Under the pieces are notes generated by a model. It worked only from the letters and a program-made list of their open reading frames with translations. It was not told the DNA's origin and searched no databases. From the IMG/VR virus record IMGVR_UViG_3300049028_000001: a DNA stretch of 52,963 nucleotides; one strand, written 5' to 3'. This stretch comes from a virus. Made by a program: the position numbers and the translations under genes. Shown here piece after piece: positions 1 through 8,028 of the stretch. The first letter of the stretch is position 1; each line of letters starts with the position of its first letter.

Positions 1-127
1 CATGAAGCAAATTCAGGATGTATCTGAGTTTCTTGAGCTACTTGCTTAACCTGCTGTAAAGCAGTTTTAGCTTCTTGTTCTACAGACTCAATCTCTTCTT
101 CGAGTTGGTCTGCTTTTTCAAAGTCCC
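1..127. repeat. 127-nt exact direct repeat with 52837..52963 (overlap of a circular assembly)
   Basis: Bases 1-127 (catgaagcaaattcagg...ttcaaagtccc) match the last 127 bases of the window by eye. The repeat lies inside an ORF that stays in frame across the junction. Confidence 0.9.
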
Positions 128-461
128 CTTCACGATTAGCCTGCTTGTATTCACGCTTTAAATCAGCAAGGGCCTTTTTATATGAAGCTTCAGATACTTG
201 TGTGTAGTGATCTTTGAAAGCGGCCAAAGCTCGCCGAACTTCCTTGATCTCCTTATTTTGATGCTCAATCTTTTTAAACAGTTCACCGCGTCGAATAAAC
301 TCTCCCGCGTCTACCCATTTATTAGCATCACCTTCAAACTCATCCTTAGGAACCCAGCCTTGAGCTAATGCTTCTTCTTCTACTGGAGTATAAGTTTTCT
401 GCTCAGTTGATTGTTGTTCAGTAGGTTCTGTCTGTTGTTGTTTTTGTAGCTCTTCGCTCAT
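1..461 (-). CDS. putative scaffolding/assembly protein, N-terminal part (gene wraps; continues at 52836..52476, about 273 aa in total)
   Basis: ATG at 461..459 overlaps the GroES-like stop (TAATG). It translates as MSEELQKQQQTEPTEQQ...GWVPKDEFEGDANKWVDAGEFIRRGELF, acidic and coiled-coil-like. Frame arithmetic joins it to ORF 52476..52799. It lies between portal and capsid genes. Confidence 0.5.
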   Translation of the reverse strand, partial: MSEELQKQQQTEPTEQQSTEQKTYTPVEEEALAQGWVPKDEFEGDANKWVDAGEFIRRGELFKKIEHQNKEIKEVRRALAAFKDHYTQVSEASYKKALADLKREYKQANREGDFEKADQLEEEIESVEQEAKTALQQVKQVAQETQIHPEFAS

Positions 462-784
462 TATTTCTCCCAAACCATGACGACGTCTTCATCGTTTAAC
501 ACAAGCCACTCCTCATCACTATCGGGATCTTTTACAAATTTACCCCCATGTCGTGTATAAGAAATGGTATCACCTACTTTACACCAAGGATCTCCACCAA
601 AGTCTCGGAATGCTGTTGGGCCAATTTGTACTACAGTTCCTACATCAATAATTGTAGATTCTTGTCGTTGTGTTTTGTCTAGAATCAACAGTCCTGCTGC
701 TTTAGCAGAGGCAACTGCTTTATCTGCTTCTTCTAGTTTAATAGGCTTTACTAGGACTCTATGTCCGGGTGTTACTGGTTTCAT
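461..784 (-). CDS. GroES/Cpn10-like co-chaperonin
   Basis: 107 aa. KPVTPGHRVLVKP...GLLILDKTQRQESTIIDVGTVVQIG...VGDTISY...LVLNDEDVVMV follows the Cpn10 pattern (roof, mobile-loop region, GD..v, dil.v). Confidence 0.65.
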   Translation of the reverse strand: MKPVTPGHRVLVKPIKLEEADKAVASAKAAGLLILDKTQRQESTIIDVGTVVQIGPTAFRDFGGDPWCKVGDTISYTRHGGKFVKDPDSDEEWLVLNDEDVVMVWEK

Positions 785-897
785 TCTTCAACCTCCTCTA
801 GGTCGATTTCTTTATTCACAATATCATCAAGTGCTTGAATGTATCCCTGTAGATATTTAGTTCTTTCCCAGGAATCTACAGTAGCTAATGATTGCAT
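781..897 (-). CDS. small hypothetical protein (38 aa, below ORF-track cutoff)
   Basis: MQSLATVDSWERTKYLQGYIQALDDIVNKEIDLEEVEE. Its TGA overlaps the ATG of the GroES-like gene (ATGA). It fills the portal to GroES gap. Confidence 0.25.
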   Translation of the reverse strand: MQSLATVDSWERTKYLQGYIQALDDIVNKEIDLEEVEE

Positions 898-941
898 TAC
901 TGTATAAGCACGCTGCCTTGCAGCATTAAGAAACTCTTTAG

Positions 942-3062
942 TTACCGGGTTTTCTTGCCAGTCTGTGACGTCTTGTTTTGAGATAATAATTTGCTTTGCT
1001 CCTTAGCTTGCATCATCTTTTGTTGGTGGGCTTGCTCATTATGAACAATACCCTGTTGCGCTTTCACAGTCTCCGCTTTAGCTTTGTTAGCTTCAGCAGC
1101 CATGAAAATCTTCTGTTTGTGAATCTCTACTGCACTTTGAAGCTGTGCCATCTGTGCTTGATGTTGCATCTGCATATCGTGCATCTGAGCTTCCATAGCC
1201 ATCTTTTGTTCTGCTTGACGACCTTCTAACTCCATCTTGAACTGATCATACTGTACCTTCATCTGATTCTTTTGCTGTTCGATTTGCATCTTCATCTGCA
1301 TTTCGAGTTGCTTAGGATCAGGCTGTGGTTGTACTTGACCTGTTTGTTGAATCTCTTGACTGAATAACTTTTCCCAATTAGGTTGTTCTTGGGCCTGTAA
1401 AATTCTTGAAATAACTTCTACAGGATCTAACATCCCCGTAGGCAGTAATTCCATCAGTCCTTGTGCTTTGAGGAGCTTTTCTGTTTGAGATACTGCTGTA
1501 GGATCTGCTCCGGGACAAATATCATAGGTTGGGTCATGGAAATCGTCTGGGCCCACTGGAGCATCCAGAATGTCCACATATGTCTGAGGATTGAGATAGA
1601 TTCCATTTAGTTTATATACCTTCTTGAACTCTTTCTCCAAGGCACGGTAAATACGCTTATACACAGCAGTAAATACCTTCATACCCTGCTCGATCGTAGC
1701 CATTGTGGTGGTAGCTGGAGTGTTCTGTCCTGGCATCTTACCTACGAAGATTTCAGCTACAGAGGCTAGTTCCTTACCTGAAGTAATTAATGAGCCCAGA
1801 AGCTCAAAAAGAACCTTACTCGGTTCATTTGCTGGTAAGGGTACAATCTGTTTCTTTAGATCCTCTCCAGTAGAATTAACAGGTTTCCACTCACCTGGAA
1901 TGAACTTCTCTTGTCCGGGTTTTAAGCGAAGACCTTTTCCAATAAAACCAGAAGATAGGTTGTTTAAAGTACCGTTGTCAACTAATTGATTAATTAATGT
2001 ATTAACAGCTTCATTAATAGGGCCTAGAAGAACACCAAAACCAATGTCATAAAAAGAACCATCGGGATTAGGTACAAAGGAAAACTTAGTGTAGTACTGA
2101 ATAGGCTCAATACGAACGATTTTTCCTTTATCATCTAGTTCCACATCTTCTAATTCATACCTGGGAACAATTCTAAGAACTTGTCCTTTAGAACGTTCAA
2201 AGGTTACAATATAGGGTTCTCGATAGCCATCATCATCTAAGTCTAGAAAGGTATGTTGTTCTACTAATTCATATGGTGTAGTTTCATCAATGACTACACT
2301 ACCTTTACTAAGAACAGGTTCTCCGAGATCAACGTCTAAGAAAATCTTAGCTCGCTTACGTTCTTCCATAACTCTCTCAGACATACGAATAATTTCAGAG
2401 ACTCGTTCCGCTGTTTCCAAGCATTCTGCATTGTTATTTACTACTAGATCTTTAGGTAGAACAAGATCACTCTGTACAATTTCTTTTGACTTATCCCAAT
2501 AAGTTTTCTTAAAGACAGTTCCAATGATAGGTAGCATAATTAGCAATCTATCCATATCTTCATCCCAGTGTTCCATCTGATTCATGAACTGGTATGAAAG
2601 GAAGGTTGCTACTCGATCTGCTTTATCTTTCTTTACTCCCTGAGGATCTTTACCAATAACCTTTCCTTTAACAATCTTTCCATCAGAAGGTAGTAAGGAA
2701 GGATATGCTCGTGCATTAAATTGCATCGAGGCAGTAGAAAGAAGGGGGTATTTAACGTTAGATGCTTTAGGCCAGGGATGATTTTTTTCTTCTCTTACCT
2801 GCATCGCTAACTTAGTCCAGTCCTCTAGATCTCGCTCCCATTGATCACGAGATTGAAGGTCTAGTTCAAAACCCTGTTTACACTCAGATCCGATGTCTGT
2901 TAGTTGATCTTCGTCTAAATCCGCAGCGATGTTTACAGAGCCTAGAAGCTTCTTACTGGCTTTGGAGTACTGGGCTTCTTGAGCTTCATCATCTTCAGTA
3001 CCCACAAATGGTACTTCTTCCATCCCCTCCTGCATCTGATTCGAATTCTCGTAGTTCATCAA
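942..3062 (-). CDS. portal protein with long Q/M/K-rich C-terminal extension
   Basis: 706 aa, immediately downstream of and overlapping the large terminase. Size and position are typical of a portal. The true start may be an internal Met, given the 68-nt overlap with TerL. Confidence 0.75.
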   Translation of the reverse strand: MMNYENSNQMQEGMEEVPFVGTEDDEAQEAQYSKASKKLLGSVNIAADLDEDQLTDIGSECKQGFELDLQSRDQWERDLEDWTKLAMQVREEKNHPWPKASNVKYPLLSTASMQFNARAYPSLLPSDGKIVKGKVIGKDPQGVKKDKADRVATFLSYQFMNQMEHWDEDMDRLLIMLPIIGTVFKKTYWDKSKEIVQSDLVLPKDLVVNNNAECLETAERVSEIIRMSERVMEERKRAKIFLDVDLGEPVLSKGSVVIDETTPYELVEQHTFLDLDDDGYREPYIVTFERSKGQVLRIVPRYELEDVELDDKGKIVRIEPIQYYTKFSFVPNPDGSFYDIGFGVLLGPINEAVNTLINQLVDNGTLNNLSSGFIGKGLRLKPGQEKFIPGEWKPVNSTGEDLKKQIVPLPANEPSKVLFELLGSLITSGKELASVAEIFVGKMPGQNTPATTTMATIEQGMKVFTAVYKRIYRALEKEFKKVYKLNGIYLNPQTYVDILDAPVGPDDFHDPTYDICPGADPTAVSQTEKLLKAQGLMELLPTGMLDPVEVISRILQAQEQPNWEKLFSQEIQQTGQVQPQPDPKQLEMQMKMQIEQQKNQMKVQYDQFKMELEGRQAEQKMAMEAQMHDMQMQHQAQMAQLQSAVEIHKQKIFMAAEANKAKAETVKAQQGIVHNEQAHQQKMMQAKEQSKLLSQNKTSQTGKKTR

Positions 3063-4521
3063 AGTATTCCTCTTCTTCTAGCTCATCTCGTGTAGGAGCT
3101 TCAATTACTTTGTCCAATAACATACCAAGATAAGCAAAAGCATCTACTTGGTCATCGTGAGTATCTCTTGGAAAGCGGCATAATTCGTCCTCAAATGTCT
3201 GATACCAATCAGCAGCCTTATCAAATTTAACCCCTTTACACCGAACTCGGGCTTGAATACTACGAGCACGGGCTATTTTATCTTTTCCTCCATGTTTTAG
3301 TTGGAGTAGATTGAGATAGGTGTTCTGTTTAACCATCTCTTCCCTAAGGAAAGGTCCGATTGACTTAGAAACCTGCATATCTTCAATACCAACTACCTCA
3401 GGATCGAAGGTTCTTTGGAGAGCTAACAGGGTATCTACGATTTCTCGTCCATCCATACGCTCTCGAATAACGTGTTTTACGTGGATTCTGCGACTTTCAT
3501 CTACACCAGCTATTAAAAATACTGAATAGTCAGCTCTTTCATGTTCGGCAATAGCCAAATCTACGGTAATGTAGTATTTTAGAGGTAATTTTCTATCGTC
3601 ATCTGTTATGTGGTCAAAATCACCCCGTTTAAAGTATGCTACCGACTCATCTAGAGGGATATTTAGGTATTCCTGACTGTAAATATCAGGCATACCCATG
3701 TCAGTATACTCTTTTCTCTTCTGTCTTAAGGTTTCTTCTGAGTGTTTTTCCGGCCATAATACAAAATCAAAGTCGTCGGTATGGGCACGATACTTGATAC
3801 TACGCCAACCCGATCGTTTTGTTTCTGACCAAAGCTTCAATGGTTCTTGATGTGACCATCGATCGTAAGGCTTGGGCATCAATCGTTCGAGTAAGGAGTC
3901 CATATGAAGGATTGTTCCTACTACACGAATGATTCCTTTAGATGAAAGACAGGGTAGCAGAGCAGAGTAGAACCACTTACGCATCTTTTCCCGTCGTTCC
4001 TTATTCAAGACCAATTCATCGTTCTCCATATCATCACAGAGAATAATGTCAGGCCTGGAACCAGACCAGATCAAACCACGTAGTTTCTGTTCTGCGCCTT
4101 TGGCGATTACTCGAAATTTATGTCCGTCCTCAAATTCAACAATGATATCTGTCTCAGTATCTTTTATGAATCGGACGATACCCTTTTCGTCCCGCTTGAG
4201 TCCAAACAGCTCAATCAACGCTTGATTCTCTTGGAGTTGCTCTTTGAAATATCCAAGGAACATAGCAGCTTGAGACTCCGTATCAGATACCAGAAGCATG
4301 AACTTCCGTTCTCTGAATAGTAGGGTAGCTAACCCGTAGGAAACGGTCATACCCGTTGTTTTAGCATGTCCTCGTGGAGCGGCTAACGCGACCATCTTAT
4401 CTTTACCTGAGAAGAGTTCCCACCCTTCTCTATGGAAATCTGGTGTTTTTACAGCATCATCGAACTTACTGGAAAGAACGGACCCAACAAAACCCTCAAT
4501 AACTTCTTTATTAAGAATCAT
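2995..4521 (-). CDS. terL: terminase large subunit
   Basis: Walker A LAAPRGHAKTT, Walker B PDIILCDDMENDE, and a C-terminal RNaseH-like nuclease region (ITVDLA...DYSVFLIAG...HDDQVDA). Confidence 0.9.
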   Translation of the reverse strand: MILNKEVIEGFVGSVLSSKFDDAVKTPDFHREGWELFSGKDKMVALAAPRGHAKTTGMTVSYGLATLLFRERKFMLLVSDTESQAAMFLGYFKEQLQENQALIELFGLKRDEKGIVRFIKDTETDIIVEFEDGHKFRVIAKGAEQKLRGLIWSGSRPDIILCDDMENDELVLNKERREKMRKWFYSALLPCLSSKGIIRVVGTILHMDSLLERLMPKPYDRWSHQEPLKLWSETKRSGWRSIKYRAHTDDFDFVLWPEKHSEETLRQKRKEYTDMGMPDIYSQEYLNIPLDESVAYFKRGDFDHITDDDRKLPLKYYITVDLAIAEHERADYSVFLIAGVDESRRIHVKHVIRERMDGREIVDTLLALQRTFDPEVVGIEDMQVSKSIGPFLREEMVKQNTYLNLLQLKHGGKDKIARARSIQARVRCKGVKFDKAADWYQTFEDELCRFPRDTHDDQVDAFAYLGMLLDKVIEAPTRDELEEEEYFDELREFESDAGGDGRSTICGY

Positions 4522-4892
4522 TTTCCTCGTTGAAGGCTGAGAACCATCCGCTCACCGATGATAAAAGAACTGTTTGCAACTGCTACTTCTAAACCCAAGG
4601 CAGCTATTTCTGGAGTAGTAGCTACGATTGAAGTAAACAAACCACCAACAATAAACAAGCCTACTGCAATGTATCGAAAGGAACCTCTGAGATCAACAAC
4701 CCATTGTGAAGGAGTACCATGAGGATCATCGAGTTGGGCAAGTGCCTGTAAACGCGCTACGTTGGCGTTAGAGAGCTTTATTTCATCTTCTACTGATAAC
4801 CCCCCTACCTTACGTGAAATCGCCCCAAAAAGCGTTTTAACGGCTTCTACGGCTGCCGGTGCTAAAGCTGATATCAAAGCTGTTGTTATCAT
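4518..4892 (-). CDS. membrane protein (holin-like candidate)
   Basis: 124 aa with an amphipathic N-terminus and hydrophobic segments (YIAVGLFIVGGLFTSIVATT, AALGLEVAVA). Start and stop overlap the neighbouring genes. Confidence 0.4.
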   Translation of the reverse strand: MITTALISALAPAAVEAVKTLFGAISRKVGGLSVEDEIKLSNANVARLQALAQLDDPHGTPSQWVVDLRGSFRYIAVGLFIVGGLFTSIVATTPEIAALGLEVAVANSSFIIGERMVLSLQRGK

Positions 4893-5218
4893 TTCTTTTT
4901 CCGTTCTCTTGAACTGGTTTGAGATTTAAGACTTCCATTGGCATTACGGGAGAAAGATCTATTTGTGCTAGCAGAGACGACTCGAAGGTTGGACTTGGAA
5001 TTCGACCCACCCTTAGATAAGGGTTTAATGTGGTCAAGATCCTTTCCATCTCCCTTATGTGTTGCTCCAGAAGCGTTACTCTGGTTTCTAGCGACTGTTC
5101 GTTCGGATCGATTTTTTCGTTGTTCTGGCTTGGAGTGGTACAGATCGTATTCACGTCTATAATCCCTCTGGCCGTTCTTCTTCGTGTATGGCATCTGTGT
5201 TCTCTTCGCTGTTGACAA
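4889..5218 (-). CDS. HNH endonuclease (terminase-associated)
   Basis: DLDHIKPLSKGGSNSKSNLRVVSASTNRSFSRN matches the HNH pattern (D.DH..P...GG...NL...N). It lies between the small- and large-terminase genes. The start is uncertain because it overlaps the TerS-like gene. Confidence 0.75.
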   Translation of the reverse strand: MSTAKRTQMPYTKKNGQRDYRREYDLYHSKPEQRKNRSERTVARNQSNASGATHKGDGKDLDHIKPLSKGGSNSKSNLRVVSASTNRSFSRNANGSLKSQTSSRERKKK

Positions 5219-5768
5219 CTTCTACGTATTCGATATCTTCGACGGGTTCTTCGGGTTTAATACCCTTAGCTAAGTCACCAAAAGCTTTCGCTAACTTCGT
5301 CAGCTTATCTTCGATTTGATCTGCTGCTACCGTAAAATTCTCATTCATGTTGAGTTTTTCTCGGAGAAGAACACTGTCCATTGCTACTTTGTTAGCATCT
5401 CTCATCGATACTGGTTTACGCTTTAGTTTTCCTGTTTTCTGATCGTAGATGAAGTCTCCTTTTTCCATCCGATCAGCTACAACATCCCAGCTCTTGTCTA
5501 CGATTTTCTTGATCTTGTTGGAGAGAACCAAGTTCTCTTCCCGTTTTATTTCCTGAACTAGGTCTTTCCACCACTCTGATCTCTTCCAAGCAATCAGAGT
5601 ATGTTCACTCATTTTGAGTGCGGCAGCGGTTAGAGGCAGCGAACCTAACATTAGGTAGGTAGTTACTGCTTCGATCTTTTGTCGATCGCTGTAGTGTTTA
5701 TTTACATCGGAAATACTCCGAGATTTGATTTTGTACGTTTTTGCACGTGGACCATCGGCTAAAGCCAC
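5157..5768 (-). CDS. putative terminase small subunit (HTH-containing)
   Basis: First gene of the late operon. I prefer the GTG at 5768, with GAGGGA 6 nt upstream, over the track start at 5846, because a promoter-like element occupies 5818..5846. There is a helix-turn-helix-like segment (LTAAALKMSEHTLIAWKR). Confidence 0.45.
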   Translation of the reverse strand: MALADGPRAKTYKIKSRSISDVNKHYSDRQKIEAVTTYLMLGSLPLTAAALKMSEHTLIAWKRSEWWKDLVQEIKREENLVLSNKIKKIVDKSWDVVADRMEKGDFIYDQKTGKLKRKPVSMRDANKVAMDSVLLREKLNMNENFTVAADQIEDKLTKLAKAFGDLAKGIKPEEPVEDIEYVEVVNSEENTDAIHEEERPEGL

Positions 5769-5817
5769 TATTCGTCCCTCTCTTTCCTCGTTAAGAAAAT
5801 ACCACTCTATACTTAAT

Positions 5818-5846
5818 ATTATACCATAACTTGACAATGAATACAA
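5818..5846 (-). promoter_or_regulatory. candidate late-operon promoter (extended -10, weak -35)
   Basis: Minus strand reads TTGTAT-17 nt-TATAAT, with TGG immediately 5' of the -10 (TGGTATAAT). It lies about 50 nt upstream of the GTG at 5768. Confidence 0.45.
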
Positions 5847-5905
5847 TAGATTTACGATATTTATTTATTTTTATACGAAATTTACGCCGAGCTTCGGCGA
5901 GGCTA

Positions 5906-5934
5906 TTGACAAATACTGAAAAATATGGTATAAT
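5906..5934 (+). promoter_or_regulatory. near-consensus sigma70-type early promoter
   Basis: TTGACA (5906..5911), 17-nt spacer, TATAAT (5929..5934), with an extended -10 TGG. It is followed by an AT-rich leader and an AGGAG ribosome-binding site before the ATG at 6026. Confidence 0.7.
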
Positions 5935-6025
5935 ATTTATATACACTATTAATTTATTTTAATAATGTATTTTACTTATTTATTTTATTAATCTATTTTA
6001 TTCATATACAATAATAGGAGTTCAA

Positions 6026-6346
6026 ATGGAAAAGTATAAAGCTCAATGGACAGAGTTTGAAGTTCAGTCACTGGCTTACGGTATTCTCAGAAAACATCTG
6101 TATCCAGGATATTTGGTACGTGGAGAATACAAGTTTCCTAGTTGTCGTACAGATATTGCTGTTTTTAAAGCTCACAAAGACAAAGAACCAGAACTGAAGT
6201 TTGTGATTGAAATCAAGAAAAGTTCAACAGGAGAAGCAACAAAACAAGGAGAAAGATATGAGGATCTCTTAGGAGTTCCCTGTATTTATGTCCGTGGAGC
6301 TGATGAAGCTTACAAGGTTCTAAGTAAGGTATCTGAGTACTTGTAA
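6026..6346 (+). CDS. early protein with PD-(D/E)XK nuclease-like motif set
   Basis: 106 aa. E in helix 1 (TEFEVQS), D in RTDIAVF and E-x-K in FVIEIKKS give the spacing typical of restriction-endonuclease-fold proteins. Good AGGAG ribosome-binding site. Confidence 0.5.
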   Translation: MEKYKAQWTEFEVQSLAYGILRKHLYPGYLVRGEYKFPSCRTDIAVFKAHKDKEPELKFVIEIKKSSTGEATKQGERYEDLLGVPCIYVRGADEAYKVLSKVSEYL

Positions 6347-6434
6347 GCCGAACTCCGGTAGGAGAACAACGTGGTTCGGCCTCAAGAAGGGCCTTTAGAG
6401 CCCTTTAGAGCCATTTAAATAGCAAAGTGATAGC

Positions 6435-6457
6435 AGCCCCTACATGGGGCTTTTTTA
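6435..6457 (+). terminator. rho-independent terminator
   Basis: AGCCCC-tacat-GGGGCT stem followed by TTTTTT, about 90 nt after the stop at 6346. Confidence 0.75.
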
Positions 6458-7081
6458 TTGTCTTAAAACGTCTCTAATCGAATACACCCTTGTTTTAAAA
6501 TTTTATAAAATCGTAGCATGGTGGTTTACCCGAATTTCCCTCCAAACTAATTTCCCCCCACCCCCTCCTTCAAAAAGAAACGAGAATCGTTCACATCAAC
6601 TGGTAAAGTAAGCACTCACTTACGCGCTAGCCCGCATGAACCCTGGAGTTTACATAATAGCTCTTGTCGCGCATGGGTATTCTTTCGTAAGAATTACCTG
6701 TCATGAAAGAATCGTGCATGAAACAAGGAATACGTGCAAGAATCTTGTAAAGTAGTGCCAAATTGGAGCTAAGTTGTTGATTTTATTAGACCACCTAAAG
6801 TTAGTAAGCACTTACCCTCACTTCGACCACTGCATTTTTCATGCCAAAGATGCACCGATGTGACCTTTTTTGTCAGGATGTGACAGGGTGCGTACTGTGT
6901 ACTCCAATTGCTGCAACCGCACATGAGCTGAAAGCGGGTAAAACTGACAAAACCCGTCACTTTTAGGGGCTATTAGGGCTGGTACGCGAACTGCTACATA
7001 TGTGGAGGAGAACAGCCCCGCCCAGCCTTCAGCGAGGAAAAGAAAAGTTAGACAAGGGTTGTAAAAAGCGAGTGGAACGGG

Positions 7082-7110
7082 TTGACAAGGCCAAACGGAT
7101 CACGTATAGT
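7082..7110 (+). promoter_or_regulatory. sigma70-type promoter of the G+C-rich early operon
   Basis: TTGACA (7082..7087), 17-nt spacer, TATAGT (7105..7110). The first ORF ATG is at 7148. Confidence 0.55.
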
Positions 7111-7147
7111 AGAGATACGGTAAACAACCGCTTAAAGCAACTTTGCA

Positions 7148-7327
7148 ATGAACAGCCTAGTACATGATACCGTTCACAGAATGCTCAACGAGATCGGCGA
7201 ACTGCGCCGATTCGTCGCGATTGATAACATGCCAGATAAGCTACAACAGGTACGCCAACTTCTACGGGAGTTGGACGCAGAATTAGAAGAGCAAAAACGT
7301 AAGCAACAATCCAACGGAGGGCAGTGA
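7148..7327 (+). CDS. hypothetical early protein (59 aa, below track cutoff)
   Basis: MNSLVHDTVHRMLNEIGELRRFVAIDNMPDKLQQVRQLLRELDAELEEQKRKQQSNGGQ. Its stop overlaps the GTG/ATG of the next ORF. Confidence 0.45.
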   Translation: MNSLVHDTVHRMLNEIGELRRFVAIDNMPDKLQQVRQLLRELDAELEEQKRKQQSNGGQ

Positions 7328-7572
7328 TGAAACTATCAGAGTTGAAAACCCTTGTTGCTCTTATGGAACAGGGAACTGATGACATCAATCCAGACCCTGA
7401 AGTATCATTCTGGTTGCCCCGAAGCGTTGAGAGGGCAGTTAAAGATGCGGGACCACGAGCCGTATTCATTGATGTGGTTCCACATATGTGCCATACTCTC
7501 AATGGTGTATCTCGTCACAAAACCTTTGATGAAGGCGGGGACTATTCCTGGCCGTTGGAGTTGGTGAAATGA
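7324..7572 (+). CDS. hypothetical early protein
   Basis: 82 aa track ORF, chained by overlapping stop/start codons to the ORFs on both sides. Antisense and alternative-frame track ORFs here look like shadows. Confidence 0.45.
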   Translation: MMKLSELKTLVALMEQGTDDINPDPEVSFWLPRSVERAVKDAGPRAVFIDVVPHMCHTLNGVSRHKTFDEGGDYSWPLELVK

Positions 7573-7688
7573 ATCGTCCGTATCGTGAGAACTTCCCCGA
7601 TGACGTATCCTTCTGGGTAGCTTATCGTAAATGGCAATCCGAACAGGCATTGAAGGTGATGCTTATCAGGAGTAGAAAGATATGGTAG
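7569..7688 (+). CDS. small hypothetical protein (39 aa)
   Basis: ATGA overlap with the upstream stop. MNRPYRENFPDDVSFWVAYRKWQSEQALKVMLIRSRKIW. Confidence 0.3.
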   Translation: MNRPYRENFPDDVSFWVAYRKWQSEQALKVMLIRSRKIW

Positions 7689-7840
7689 TGTGGAAAGTCA
7701 AGCGAACCTCTGTTAGGTGGGTATGGCTTGCCCAAGCTTGCCGACCGAACGGAGTGCGTAAAGCACTAGTTACCGATGATTTTGGTAATCTTGTGACAAC
7801 CTCACATCTTTACGGAGTGAACCGGGAGCTTGCGCTATGA
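7682..7840 (+). CDS. small hypothetical protein (52 aa)
   Basis: ATG overlaps the end of the previous ORF, and its stop is in an ATGA overlap with the next ORF. Confidence 0.3.
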   Translation: MVVWKVKRTSVRWVWLAQACRPNGVRKALVTDDFGNLVTTSHLYGVNRELAL

Positions 7841-8013
7841 GAAACCATTACGAGTTGGATGAAACCCGCCGTGCTCGGCATCTAGAAAGCCTGAAAGCTC
7901 GTTATCCTGAAGTAGATAGGGAAACCCTCAATCGCTATCTGGATTACAAAGAAGAAGGGTATACTACCCATGAAGCCCGCTTGATGGCGGGTATGTCTGA
8001 CCCGAACGAATAA
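7837..8013 (+). CDS. small hypothetical protein (58 aa)
   Basis: MRNHYELDETRRARHLESLKARYPEVDRETLNRYLDYKEEGYTTHEARLMAGMSDPNE. ATGA coupling to the upstream ORF. Confidence 0.4.
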   Translation: MRNHYELDETRRARHLESLKARYPEVDRETLNRYLDYKEEGYTTHEARLMAGMSDPNE

Positions 8014-8028
8014 TGGAACGTAGCGAAC

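Noticed and set aside
1-127. The 127-nt terminal repeat as a genuine direct terminal repeat (T7-style physical genome ends)
   Set aside because: It lies inside a coding sequence that reads through the junction in frame. Its exact identity and length are more typical of an assembly overlap of a circular contig. The physical ends cannot be inferred from this sequence alone.
6966-7027. H-type pseudoknot formed by GGGGCT / GGCTGG with AGCCCC / CCAGCC
   Set aside because: The two 5' arms are near-duplicates, so simple alternative hairpins explain the pairings equally well. No evidence of transcription or conservation is available.
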